64,000 nt of DNA from Phoronis australis (lineage: Eukaryota; Animalia; Phoronida). This document shows positions 24,801 through 39,800 of this stretch, piece by piece. The notes under the pieces are model-generated. The model was not told the origin of the DNA, made no database searches, and saw nothing but the letters and a program-made list of their open reading frames with translations. The position numbers and the translations under genes are program-made. The stretch's first letter is position 1. Each line of letters starts with the position of its first letter. The stretch is from the NCBI GenBank assembly GCA_002633005.1, contig NMRA01000006.1:1979675-2043674 (forward strand). The letters are read 5' to 3'.

Positions 24801-27800
24801 GCTTGTTGTACTGAATGAGGTGTATCTTCTCAGAGTATGCAAAGTAGTGTTACTAATGCGCAGGCCAAGGAAAATCAACGTTATCTGAAGTAAAAACTCA
24901 TTTAAAAGACACGTGATATCCTCTTGCAGCTTGTTGCTGTCTTGCGTGAAGTCAAGTACCTGGAGATCCGTCAGACAGACGATATCCCAGAGAGTGCTGC
25001 CTCCATCTACTCACGTAACGAGACGTTCCGTCAGTTCTTGGCAAACCTTGATCTCATCGTTAAGTGGTACAACAAGGTGCGTCAGACCGTGCTGGAGGTG
25101 GAGTTCCCGTTGATCGAAACTCAGCTGAGCGACATTGACGTTCAGCTGGAAAAGGCAGAGAAAAGTCTCAACTGGAACAGCCCAGGTGAGGACATGATAA
25201 GGGGAGAAAACTCAAGCTACATGAACCACACAGCTGCAGTATTTGTAAACATTGTTCCTTTACTTATTAGCTCATCTCCTGGACCTGATGAATTCAGTTC
25301 ACTGACTCTCAGATATGGCTCACCGACTGCTAAACATGGTGTCAGACTCACAAAAACGGACTATGCACATAAAATATGAGCGCCGAAAAGTAACAAACAC
25401 AGCTTACTTATTGCCTACCCAACTGGTACGCGGACGTGGTGTTAGTGAGTCGTGTTTGTGAGTCTGGTCGCAATTTTTTTTTGTATGGGCAAGCTGTGTT
25501 CTGTGAATTCGGCACCGTGTTTGGTTGTCAATGATCCCTGTTTGGCAGCTGGTGAGCAGTGTTCAGGAGCCAGTGAACTGAGTAATCGGGCCAGTGCGAC
25601 AGTGGTGTTGTTCGGGTAGCCTGAACTCAACATAAATTTAGTTAGATTAATAACTGGACTTTCTTATACTTTATACTAATCCTGTATCTACACATGACTG
25701 ACTTACACCACTCATCTGAAGGAAGGCATTGTGCCATATGCAAATTGGAACTGAGATTTGTAGTACCAGGTATTCCAGACGTCAATATTTTTGTCAGCTC
25801 TTTGTAAGTTGTAGACATGTTGGACACAGCTTTGCAAGCTATGGTAATTGTGCTGTTTTGTCTATGTGATTGTCGTGCCCCTGTGGAACGATGCGATTTT
25901 CACCTGATCATGAGCATTTAGCTGAAACTCAAATGAATGTACATATAATAATAAACACTTTTGATGAAAATGGATTTTGTTTTGTATACACCTGGACATT
26001 CGCATATGTGGATGCTATCGTTGTGACATATCCGTCATGAATTCTTGTTGTGCTTTCAGAGTCATGGGACTACATCCAGGAGACTCGTGACCTGGTGCAC
26101 GACCTTGAGACACGAGTCCAACAGGCCAAGGACAACGTGGAGAGCATCCAACAGCTGATGGCGACGTGGAGCAAGCTGCCCCTGTTTGAGAGGAAGGAAG
26201 AAAAGCACCAGTGTCTGCTGGGATTGGACGATCGCGAGGACAAGTGCAAGAAACGCTATGCGGACATTGAGGACAAAGGCAAACAAGTGCACGAACTGGT
26301 CAAGGTAGGATAATGAAAAGTTTTTTTGGCTTATAGAGTTTATGATGTGACATAATTCATGATGTCATGGTCATAATGAACAGCGCCTTGACAGTTTTGT
26401 CAGGAAAATATACGAGTTGTTTGAAATCTGAGTGAAGAGATGTACTTTATCAGCCATGTCAATGACTCAGTCCTGAGAAAAAGAACTGAGAACCCGTACC
26501 CCTAATGTCCTAGCTGTATTGGTGTGGCATCTGCCAATCAGATTTGAGATCAAGTCGTCCAGTGTCATCTCAACTAGATCTAGGTATCGTACATTTTTTG
26601 TTGTGATATTAGAAATTTCACTGGGAGTCTTAGCTAGAACTGTATGGTATGTTGTGAAGTCTCGGCCAAAAATTTAAGACTGAAATATAATGGCATTGCA
26701 CACGTATACTGTTTACCTTTTACAATGCTTCCAAAACACTGTTGGGGTAACCTGGTGGAAGGGCTGATGTAAACCAACTCCTAAGAGCATGCACAACAAA
26801 TAACCATGGTGGTTTACTTTTAGAAAAATCTGGACCTGTTCAAAGCAGATGCCGAGACTAACATATGGAAGGCCTACGTGGACTATGTTGATGAGATGGT
26901 CGTTGATGGATTCTTCAACACCATTCACTGCAGTCTCAACTACTTACTGGATCAGACCGATCCCAACAAAACTGTACCTCCACTGTTTGAGGCTAGTCTG
27001 GAATTACAGGTAGGTAGAACACAGTATGTGTTGCGTGACACCTTGCGAATTTTGTACATGATGTGGAAATGAGAAAATCACAGACTTCTAAATATGAATG
27101 TTAAAAATGCTTGTTTATTGTTAGTGAAAGAACTGAATTATGGGTCACTTTAAAATACTTTTTCTGCTTCAGTTTAGATGAAACCTTCAAAATGTTAATT
27201 TTAATGCGACTACTTAGACTAAAGGTGTTCCCCAATGATGTTCTGTCAATGTGGAAAATGGCATTTGGAGTTGAATGACGCAATACTTCATTTTCTGCAG
27301 TTTAATTAGAAAAAAATGTATAAAACACAGATACTGTATGGCTATATTTAGAAAAATGATACTGTTTTAGTTAAACCTTTTGATTGATGAAAGTCACCCT
27401 GTGCTCCAAGTAGGTAAAAATAACCGAAAAGATATCTTTAGGTATCTTGCTGTGCTTGGCTTTTGTGTTTTGAAATTAAAGCAAGGAATGTGTTACAGGT
27501 GCCAGATATGGTCTTCACTCCGTCCCTAGACTATGGTGTGGCCGATGGTTTCTTTGACCTTGTCGATGGTCTGGTGGGTGACATATACAAAGAATCGTCT
27601 CTCATTCCTCGCCTAGCCGCACACAATGGACAGGAGCACTACCAGGTTAGTATTATTGTGTTTGTTGAAGTACAATGTGGCCTCATGTACAGTGTAACAG
27701 TGTGAGGTTTAAACTGTTTGCACATACCTCAGAATGGCCTGTTAGAACTCAGTCATAAATTTGGACATTCTATCATTTAGTATTTGCAGGGGGTTTCTAG

Positions 27801-30800
27801 AGTCTGGGCATCCTGCTCAACTACTTATGTGTTGCTGATATGGAGGATTATAAAGCGCCCCCTATGTTTGTCCATTGTTAGATTCCCCTGGTCACCATCC
27901 TGGATTCAAGCCTGTTTTATTAACAGGAAGCTCTGGTGAGAGGCTCCTTTCAGACAGCCCACTTTCTGAATGAAGCTAGAATAGGCAGTGGGCTCAAATG
28001 ATCTGGCGAGACCTCTACAAACTTGGGATTCTTTATCCTTTGGCAGCTGTGCCCTTGTGCCCTATTGCAGCTTTCAAGTGGCTGAACTCTTCATTTGACT
28101 GTATGCACACACTGTGAATATATGATGATATAATAACCACATTGAACATTTTCTTTTTCTAGCCCGACTTGGAAGATATGGAAGAATTGTCTGAAATGAG
28201 GAACGACTTGATGGAGCGCGTGCAGACGGTGATGAACAAAGCATGCGAGTACCGCAACTCCTTCGACAACTACGCCTACCTCTGGGTCGATGACCGTACC
28301 GAGTTCATGCGGCAGTTCCTGCTTTACAATCATGTACTGACCACTGAGGAGATCGAGGCGCACGCAGAAGATGGAGTGCCAGAGTGTCCTCCAACACTGG
28401 ACCAGTTCAAGGAACAGGTACGGGGGAGGGTGTTGTAGTTGGTTCACCAGGGTTGTTTTAGTCGAGGCTTGACCTCTAGTGTAATAGCTTGGGTGCAATG
28501 ATATATTTTTGTTTTGCACTTCTGTTGGAGTGATTTTGTCACGACATTTTATTTATGCATTTTGAGAATACAATACGTGCCCTCCCTCTCGTTAATTTTT
28601 AGAGAAATCCATTTGTTTCTTATATTTTGGAATTACAGTAATAAATGGAATGTTTAAAAACTGTCATGTCATGCATGTGTGTTCCGTACTTCTAGGTCGA
28701 CATGTATGAGAAGATCTATGATGAAGTGGAACTGTTTGAAGGAACACAGCACTTTGACAAGTGGTTCCTGGTGAACGCTAAACCATTCAAGCAGGCGTTA
28801 CTCAACATCATCAAGAGATGGAGCTTCATGTTCAAGCAGCACTTGATCGATCACGTGACCAACAGGTAGGTAGCCAGTGTGATAACGTGCTGTCTGGTGT
28901 TATTCTTGTTAGTAATGATCACTTTGAAGTTAAACGTTTTTGTTCTCAGAATTCTGACTATTCTATACTTTTTCAACAACTTCTTTGTGGAATGTTTGGT
29001 GAGTTATAAAACAGCATATCACTCCGATAACAGTGGAAATAAATAGTACGTAAGTCAGAAATTCAGTCTTATGCTCCACGCAACTATTTCAGAAAAATCT
29101 CACATAAATGCTAGTTACTGATTGAAGTAATTTCTGTAAATTATTTGTAGACTGTGATGTAGTCAAATTTACTTGACTAAACCTTTATTCAGTAATTGGG
29201 AAGTGGGAGAGTAAGACTGAATTTCTGTCTTAAGTCTTTTAAGATTCCAATTGCCTTCATTGTCTTACAAAAGAACCCCACTGTCATTGTTAGCTGCAAC
29301 TCATTTCTGTGAGCCCTCACATGCATTGAAAATTGGGGTGAAGTTAAGGCTCCATGCATCACCCACCAATTTGGAAACCATCAGTTTTAGTTCATGTTTG
29401 GGGTGGAACCCTTTGTACTGTTTTGTTAATACAGGGATTTAGCATTGCTAGTTCCACAAAATGACACTGTGGACCAACTAGAGTTCATTGGTTGCTTTAA
29501 TAGGAAGATTAAACCGCCATTAACTAAATTTATTCTAGTTAGAATTTTGCAACTTCGGCTTGACCTAATTAGCAGTGCATGGGGTTTAAAAGATAAAGCT
29601 TACAAATTCTTTTTGTTTGTTCCAGTCTGAGTGAGTTAGCCGAATTCATCAAGGTGGCTGACGAGGGTCTGCAAACCCCTGTGGAGGAGGGTGATTACAA
29701 TGGCCTGGTTGACTGTATGGGTCACCTGTTGGCTGTTAAGGACCGACAGGCAACCACGGACGAAATGTTTGAGCCACTGAAGCAGACAATTGAACTTCTG
29801 AAGACATACGACCAAGAGATGCCAGAGGAGGTTCACACACAACTTGAGGTAGGTGAAAGGTTTTCTTGATGGTAGAGAGACTAATTCAGGGATGCGTTCT
29901 GTAAATGCAAGAATTTTGCTAGTAAAGCTAGTGTGATCAGGTGCTTGGCTTGTGATGTATAAAGATGCCTGGTGAAGACTTGCGTGTTCTTGCATGTTTG
30001 TGACGTTCTTGAATTTGTGGAACGCTGGCCATGGTTTCTAAAGAAATACTGCTACGGGTCAAGTTTGCAAACGAATTTGAAATATATGGATCACTTGAGG
30101 AATGCATTAAAATTGGCCACTAGGAATTTTAATCATCAACATAAACACATTTAAGCACGGACTGGTCTTAGTGCTCATCCGATCAGCCTTTAGTGGACCT
30201 ATGACAGAGGACAATTACCTGCTGACGAATGACTGACAATTCAGTTACAATTGTCTTAAAGACATAAAATGATTTACAAAGTAATACGCTCAGTTAAAGT
30301 GACCCAGTTGTTTTGGAACATAATAAAGACTTCCAGACAATGAAGATGACAATTTACCATTTCGATCTTTAGGAACTGCCTGAGCAATGGAACAACAGCA
30401 AGAAAATTGCAATCACCGTCAAGCAACAGGTGGCGCCTCTGCAGGCTAATGAAGTCGCCAACATCAGGAAGAAGACAGCCTCATTTGACGTTCAGCAACA
30501 TGCTTTCAGGGAGGTATTCCGCAAGATTGGACCCTTTTGGTACAACTGTGAAGACCCATATGTGCAGATTGACGAGGTAAATGTTTGTTATGATTATTTG
30601 ATTTGCATAAATTTACATCTTGGGGGATTGTTTTGGAAATAACGATGTATTTATTTTGTCAATGTTTGTGGAATTTTGATTCATTCATTGGTAACAATGT
30701 ATTACTTGTCAGTTGTTACTTATTTTTGGTAATTATTTAATTAAGTAAATTGGTGATGAGGCAGTCATGTCATAAGTATTATGTATGCACAAAATTTTAT

Positions 30801-33800
30801 TGAAGACTCACTTATCCATCACACAAATAAATCTCTTCTTAATGACAACCATCAGTTTATGTACTTACAGAAATGTGTATTTCATTTCATGGTTATTTAT
30901 GATGCATTCAGTAGCGATCTTAATGAAAAATGCTTTATCCACAGCAACACCAAGTCATTCACCAGATGGAGAAAGAGATGGACGTACTTCTGGAATCAGC
31001 TGGTCTCTTTGAGGTCAACACTCCCGACTACAAACAGCTTAAACAGTGTCGCAAGGAGATCAAGCTCCTCAAGACGCTCTGGGATTACGTGTTCATTGTT
31101 CGCACGAGTATTGAAGACTGGAAGACGACCCCATGGTTAGAGATTAATGTTGAGACTATGGACATGGACTGCAAAAAGTTTGCCAAAGACATCCGTGGTC
31201 TAGACAAGGAGATGAGAGCCTGGGATGTGTACAGTGGGGTGGAGAATTCCGTGAAGAACATGCTGACGTCACTGAGGGCGGTTGGAGAGTTGCAGAACTC
31301 TGCTATTCGTGATCGTCATTGGCAACAACTCATGCAAGCCACAGGGGTAAGTGGGAGGAGGCGTGTGGAGTGAAAAGTGGTTTAGATTGTTTCACAGAGT
31401 TTTGGTGGTAATGCGCACATTTGCAGTGTTGCAGCAGTGCAGTTTTCGCAGGTTGATGAAAAAGTAACTGTGGGGTCCTGTATTTTGAGAACCTGTGTTC
31501 TCCATCAGTTTTTTAACTGGCTTTTGATTGCTTAGAGTGTGACTGGCTGCATGATGATTACCATTGCTTAGGCTGCTTTATTTCGACAACTTGGGTGCAA
31601 TGAAAAAGAGCTTCCGTGTGTTTTGACTATGAACTCTGCTATGTTGTGTGTTGGTCGAAGTTCAATTTTTTCCTCGAACTTTGTGCCAATCAGGGATCTC
31701 CAGAGGTAACAAGTGTTGCATGTCTAACTTTGCACTTACGACACGAGATTATGATTGTATTGCTGCATGTTATAGTTTGGCACAGTTCCTCACTCTTTGA
31801 CTGCATTTTGAAATATGATTTGTATAAGTTGTTACATAGTATAGACATTTATAGATATTTAGTTTGATAGCTTCAATTATTGTTCATTTTCGTAGTATAT
31901 TTCATGTTCTGTAGCAGAGAATATTAAATATTATGCAATTATTCATAATGCAATTAAAAGATTTGGTCATTTGTTACAAATGCAAATTAAGCTCAGGTTG
32001 ATTTTCAATTTTACATTCACTGATAAGTGCAGCTTTAACTGTTATCAACCTTGACTCGGCAATCCATTCCTAAATGTAGTTGGCAGAGTCCTCATCTCAC
32101 CTGTCTCTTGTCTTCAGGTCAAGTTCACTATGAATGAAGACACAACTCTGTCTGATCTACTCTCACTCAACTTGCACAACTATGAGGATGAAGTAAGAGG
32201 CATTGTGGACAAGGCTGTCAAGGAAATGGGTTTGTATTTGAAATCAACGTCTATAAGCATATATTTACTGTATAGTCGTATGTGCTAGTTCTTTATACAG
32301 TTCTTCTCTTTTCTGTGGAATGCCTAATGCTTAAAAAGGAAAACTTAGGAAAATCTGTCTTGTGTCATGAATTAATGTCATGGTAAGCTGGTAAGCTGGC
32401 AAGCATGCCGGTTTTGTTACTTCACTTAAAGATGCTATGTCTCATTAAAACCTTGAATATTTACATTTGTAACAAGCGCCACCTAGTGACTTCTTGTAGA
32501 ACTGTGTGTACAAATATAATCAGAAAAGAAACAATTTGTAAATAAATAGTGGTTTTAAAGAATACACTACAACTGATACACTTAAAAGAAGTGTGAGCGT
32601 ACAAAAAACCCTAGTTATTCCAAATATGCAATCATTATTTGATAGTGAAATAAGCAAATATTAAAAACTGTGCCTTGTTTCATTAGGGTACCGATGAAAT
32701 ATTACCATACTCATTTACATAAAAACAATTTCGCAAAATGAGATTTTCGTGAGATTGTAATGGTAACTGGTTCTCGGATTGTTTTGGGCACACTGGAGGA
32801 CCTGAGGTTGTTTGAAACTTCATTTGCATATTCACAATTTAATGAGACTATGTATCTTTAACATGTTTTTGGTTTCAAATTACCTAAGTATATAGTAAGG
32901 TGAATTTAAACTTTTGCTGAACTCCGCACTCTGGCCAACTAGACAAAACCATGAGCCATGTCTATTCATTTACATTATACGACTCTTTCAGGTATGGAGA
33001 AGACACTGAGAGAGTTGAACTCTACCTGGAGTGTGATGGAGTTTGAGCATCAAAAACACCCACGCACAAAGATCACCATGTTGCAGGCGAGCGAGGAATT
33101 GATTGAAACTCTGGAGGATAACCAGGTAGACAGGGGTTGAGGGTGTACCTGGTGTGTGAGAGGGGACGGGTGCAGAGTGTGAGGAAAGATTAGAGACTGA
33201 ATGATGGGTTGTAAAAACATTTTGAAATGTATGTCATCTCCAAAATGGCATTAGGAATGATTTAAGAACTTGGAAGGTGTAATGCCACCAATATGAACTG
33301 CCTGTTGGTGAAAGTTAGTTATCTAAAGTTGGGTAAATCTATTGATCAATAAAATAAAAAGAAAGGTGGTGAAATCACAGATGTGCCAGGACTCTAGTTT
33401 CACATATTTTGAAAGATTGGTCAGGACTTTGTACTTTTGTTCAGCAGACATTTCCTTGTTTGTATATTAATTCTTTTGTAAATTGCATTTGTTACTTGGA
33501 AATTCACGCTGCCAGTAGTTTCTTAATTTCTTTATGTCATTTCTTGTAACTGAATTGTGCAATGCAAAGAAGTGCGCTTCTAAGTTTATGATCGTGTCTA
33601 ATGTGTCTGACTTCGATGATTCTCTTTTCCACAGGTCCAACTTCAGAACATGCTGACTTCCAAGTACATTGCCTACTTCCTGGAGGAAGTGTCCAGCTGG
33701 CAGAAGAAGCTGTCTACAGCTGACTCTGTCATTACCATCTGGTTTGAGGTGCAGCGCACATGGTCCCATTTGGAGAGCATCTTTATTGGCTCCGAGGATA

Positions 33801-36800
33801 TCCGTAACCAGCTTCCAGAGGACTCCAAACGATTCGACGGCATTGACACAGATTTCAAGGAGCTTGTGTCTGAGGTTGAGAAGACCACCAATGTAGTTGA
33901 GGCAACCAACAAGCCAAACTTGTACGAGAGGCTGGAAACTATTCAAGGACAGCTGGTGTTATGTGAGAAGGCCCTGGCAGAATATCTGGAGACCAAGCGT
34001 CTTGCCTTCCCGCGCTTCTATTTCGTCTCCTCTGCTGACTTGTTGGATATCCTCTCCAATGGCAACAGTCCAGAGTCTGTGAGTATACTTGTCAACATTT
34101 TGTAATTCTGCTGTACTAAGTTTGACTTTCAAGAATTATTGTTCGCATGGGCTTCATGGAAGAAAAGAATTATGAAAGTGCCCCACTGCTACACTTCAAG
34201 TCTGAAAATATTGCTGCCCTGACTGGGGCTCGAACCCAGAACATTCTAGAATACGTGTAGAATCTCTGGTCCCCTCAGCCATGAGGACCACCAGTCAAAA
34301 ACAGTAATCCAATCAGACTTTAGGGTACCTACTCTATGCATACAGGAGGAAATAATTGGCTAAGAATTACAGTTTTCTTTATCAAATTTGGTCTGTTAGA
34401 TAAAAGTGACAAGCGATGTTAACAGCCATAATTTCTCTTCATCTATGAGTTTACTTTTCAATTCATGATATACATAGCCTACAAAAATTGCAAAACTATA
34501 TAATAACAACTAAGACATTCTGCTATTTCTCTTATACATGTAATGATGTGTGATGTCAAGATTACAAATTAGAATGACAACAGTCAAGATTGGTTTGTTT
34601 CCTGCCTTATCACGGTTATTAATTCATTTCCATAAGCTTGCATTTTCAAGTCTCAGTCAGCTATTCAACCAGTGAGTGCATACATTCCTTTCTAATCTCA
34701 CCAGGTGATGCGTCACTTGACCAAGCTGTTTGATTGTCTGGCCAAGTTAAAACTGGAGGAAGACTCAGACGGCAATGTCCTCAAATCTGCACTGGGCATG
34801 TACAGTAAAGATGGAGAGTACGTGGAGATGGATGCCAAGTGTGACCTCAGTGGACAGGTAGGTTGGGCAGACCTTTTGAATCGGTTTGTGCTGGGAGTTC
34901 TCCCATTTGAAAGGTAAGTAGGGATGTGCCACAAACATAGGTTGGCATTTTACCCTGAGGTGTTATTTTGGGTGGGTATTTTGCTCTTTCAGGTGTCGTC
35001 TGAGTAGTCTGTGACTTCGAGGTATCAGTATTTGGGAGTTTGTACTACTGGCCTTGGGAGTGAAAGTGATTGTTTTCTGCATAATTTGAATACCAATCCC
35101 AATCCTTACTTGTCTCTTCAGTTGTAACAACATCAGTTTGCATTTTACTCATTCTGTTTCGGTCACCTGCACGCAGGTTGAGATGTGGTTGAACCGTGTC
35201 CTGGACTCCATGCGGACGTCCATCTTGGCTCAGTTTGCTGACGCTGTCACCGCTTATGAGGAGAAGCCTCGTGATCAATGGCTGTTCGACTTCCCGGCCC
35301 AGGTGGCACTGTGTGGCACACAGATTTGGTGGACGACAGAGGTCAACATGTCGTTTGCTCGTCTGGAAGAGGGTTATGAAAACGCGCTGAAGGACTACAA
35401 CAAGAAACAGGTAACAATTTCAGTGAGGTGTATTGACTGTGGATTTATGATAACTTTGTTTTATATATTTTTGGTTGGCATACCTTTAAATTAGCATAAT
35501 AATTATAATAATCATTGTAATGTCTGATTTACCATTTTCACGCTCATCATATTATTAAATGCAATGTTTTTCTTTCCCCAGTTAACATCATAGCATTTTG
35601 CTACTGAAGTGTTTCAAGAAAAAAATACAATGTTATAAGCTTTTTGGTGTCGCGTCTTGCCTATAGATTGCCCAGCTGAACTCGCTCATCACCATGTTGA
35701 TTGGACAACTGTCCAAGGGTGACCGGCAGAAAATCATGACCATCTGTACTATTGATGTCCACGCCCGTGATGTGGTGTCCAAGATGATCGTTCAGAAGGT
35801 GGAGAGTTCTGGAGCCTTCATGTGGCTAAGTCAGGTAATTATCACTGGTAATACTAATGTGACAAGTCACTAAATCAAATCACTGGTAATATTAATGTGA
35901 CGAGTCACTAAATCAAATCACTGGTAATATTAATGTGACAAGTCACTAAATCAAATCAAATCACTGGTAATACTAATGTGACAAGTCACTAAATTAAATC
36001 AAAGCAATCCACACTGGTGATTGTGTGAAATGGGATGTCCTAAGGTAATGATCATACTACCGAAGCAGAGCTCGATATGGCTTTAATGGATTTTGGGAAA
36101 AAGCAGTGAGTTGTTTTACAGTGAATAATGATCGAGGTACTTGCTGTACATGTTCGAGTCCCTGCAGAGGACATGCTGTTGCCAATCAGTATACTGGAGA
36201 ACACTTACCAAATTCATCCATGTTTAATAATTGAACTTTATTGTCTGTTATTTAATTCTTTTAAAATAATTAAGACTATTTTACTTAGTCAGCTCTTTAC
36301 GAAGCCTTCTAATTTTCTGACCATAACATTGGCCTAATGATAATGATCAAATTACAACTATTTTTCAATTGTATCAATTTTGTGTTCTAGCTGCGTCATC
36401 GCTGGGATGAGACCGAGAAGGACTGCTTTGCCAACATCTGTGATGCCCAATTCCGCTACTCGCACGAGTACCTTGGCAACACACCCCGCCTCGTCATCAC
36501 ACCCCTCACTGACAGATGCTACATCACACTCACCCAGTCGCTCCATCTCATCATGAGTGGTGCACCCGCTGGCCCCGCTGGTACGGGCAAGACCGAGACC
36601 ACCAAGGATCTGGGACGTGCACTCGGCATCATGGTCTACGTGTTCAACTGCTCCGAACAGATGGACTACAAAGTATGTGCTTTCATGTTCTTTGAATAAA
36701 GAGCAAAATGAATGTCAAAAGTGTAAGAAAGAGGATTTTGTTTAATATGATTGCAGTAATTGAAATTTAGATTGATATGGCCTATTCTAAATCTGTTTCA

Positions 36801-39800
36801 GCTCTTGACTTGTTAAAATCGTTTTTTTTTTGTAAGAATTAGATGTTGTTATTTTTTGCTGTATCGTCAACCGATTTCTATGCTGGTCTACTTATGAATC
36901 ACTATTGAACGGAACATCAGAAATACTTATGAATCACTATTGAACGGAACATCAGAAATACTTGTGAATCACTATAGAACGGAACATCAGAAATACTTAT
37001 GAATCACTATTGAACGGAACATCAGAAATGAACACTATCATACCTTTGCTTCTTATTTTTCTTGGCGTTCTTGTGAAGTGTTTCTAGCGTGCACCCTTTT
37101 TATCATATTTTTTATGTTCCACTTTCGAGCAAGGCTCTAAAATGAATCGCTCTGTATTAACGTGTACTCACAGAATATGCTTTCTTATTCCCTTTCAGTC
37201 ATGTGGCAACATCTACAAAGGTCTTGCTCAGTCGGGTGCTTGGGGATGCTTCGACGAGTTCAACCGCATCTCCGTCGAGGTCCTGTCTGTGGTTGCGGTC
37301 CAGGTGAAATGCATTCAGGATGCCATCCGTGACAAGAAGACTAGATTCGACTTCCTGGGAGAAGAGATCAACCTGATACCGACGGTCGGCATCTTCATCA
37401 CCATGAACCCAGGCTACGCTGGAAGAACCGAGCTGCCAGAGAACTTGAAGGCTCTATTCAGGTGAGATAGGAAGAGTTGTAAATCAATTACAGTATGTGT
37501 TTTTAATTGCAGTTCTAAGTTGTACAGTATGGAAGAAATAACAGTTGACATACCATTCCAAAATATTGGCCTTTTTACCTAGTAGCCTATGAATTGAATT
37601 GCTGGGAATTTCAAATTTGTCTTTTGGTAACAAATGCGTCAGGACAGTCTTTCCACATTCAACTTCTCTTTGCTACAATCGCATGTTAGGAATCCATAGT
37701 TTGGTCAGTTTATCCTTATTTTGATGCATCGTTAAGGTTAAATGTCTTAATAAAAGCGTGATTTTAGTTAGCCCAAACATTTTGCCTTAGTCATGCTCGA
37801 CTCGTAATTGTTCATCACAGTTAATTCTAATATGTGTTTTATCCTCACTACAGGCCATGTGCCATGGTGGTGCCCGACTTTGAACTGATTTGTGAGATTA
37901 TGTTGGTGGCCGAGGGTTTCCTTGAAGCTCGTCTCCTGGCCAGGAAGTTCATCACACTCTACACACTGTGTAAGGAACTGTTGTCCAAACAGGACCACTA
38001 TGATTGGGGCTTAAGGGCCATCAAGTCTGTACTTGTAGTGGCTGGTGCCCTCAAGAGAGGTGACCCTGGGAGGCCTGAAGATCAGGTGAGTTCATTGTTG
38101 TGTAGTACCACCTATGCCTTTGTTTGATTGGTAGTTTTCTTAATTATTTCTTTCTTAAAAGAATTTCATATAGGCAAAAGATAGATAAAAGGTTTTTACA
38201 CTGCATTTGAACAGTCTCTGGATTATCCTGCATTGAGACTATAAAATTTCAAAATTTGTATTTTATCAAATTTTCTGCAATTTCACATTGTTGTGTGTCA
38301 CCGTAGTGATCGAGTTATGTCGTCGTTATCCTACTTTTGCGTAGTGCGATGTTCATGTCGTAGTACAACTATAAAATTTCATGAAGCCATTGACATGGTT
38401 GGAAGGCAATGTGGTCAGTCAGGTGTAGAAGTAGTAGAGCGGTCACATCCACTGAAACTGTCTACTGATGTTCATTTCCAGGTACTGATGAGAGCCCTGA
38501 GGGACTTCAATGTGCCCAAGATTGTCACTGACGATTCTCCTGTGTTCCTCGGTTTGATTGGTGACTTGTTCCCTGCCCTTGACGTGCCACGGAAGAGAGA
38601 CCCTGACTTTGAGAAACTTGTCAGAGAGGCAACGCTTGATCTGAAGCTGCAGCCTGAAGATGGTTTTGTTCTTAAGGTACAAGTTAGATGATGCAAATGC
38701 TGAATGACAATGGAGATGATGATGATGATGATAATAATGATGATGATAATAAAATAATAAGTATGGCATGTTAGTGAATGAGCACTGTTAGGAAAACTAC
38801 AGACTTACGTTTTGTGTATTATTTCATCCAATAGATCATATTTATCGGAACTTTTCATTGTAGTCTGTGATCAAAGAAACTGCTATTCCCTTTGCCCAGT
38901 GATACTGTCGCCTCAAAATTTTCATGCGGACACTGTTATTCTCCTTGTCTAGATCAATCTTGTCACTGGTCACTTCAATGTTATGTCCAAAGTGCTCTCT
39001 CAGGCATTAAGTCCTACATTGATCTTCCTACAGGTTGTGCAGCTACAAGAGTTGTTTGAGGTTCGTCACTCCGTTTTCATCATCGGTAATGCTGGAACGG
39101 GCAAGTCTCAGGTGTGGAAAACTCTGCATAAATGCTATCAGAATCAGAAACGCAAGCCCATCGCACAGGACCTGAACCCCAAGGCTGTGACCAACGACGA
39201 ACTGTTTGGTATCATCAACCCGGCAACGCGTGAGTGGAAAGACGGTCTCTTCTCCGTTATCATGCGCGATCTCGCCAACGTGACGCACGACGGCCCAAAG
39301 TGGATTGTATTGGATGGTGACATTGACCCTATGTGGATCGAATCTCTCAACACTGTGATGGATGACAACAAAGTGTTGACGTTGGCCAGTAACGAGCGCA
39401 TTCCCCTGACGCCGTCAATGAGGTTGCTGTTTGAGATCAGTCATTTGAAGACCGCCACACCTGCCACGGTCTCCCGTGCCGGTATCCTCTACATCAATCC
39501 TGCTGATCTTGGCTGGAACCCGTTCGTCACCAGTTGGATCGACACGCGCGAGGTCCAATCTGAGAAAGCCAACCTGATGATCTTGTTTGACAAGTACGTG
39601 CCCACATGTTTGGACGTGTTGAAGACAAGGTTCAAGAAGATCACGCCCATTGCTGAAGTCAGCCACATTCAGATGCTGTGTTACCTGCTAGAGTGCTTCC
39701 TGACACCAGAGAACACCCCACCTGACTGTGCCAAGGAGTTGTACGAGCTTTACTTTGTGTTCTGTACTATCTGGGCGTTTGGCAGCAGCATGTACCAAGA

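Noticed and set aside
34215-34289. tRNA gene
   Set aside because: Has A/B-box-like motifs but no intact cloverleaf; better explained as a SINE head.
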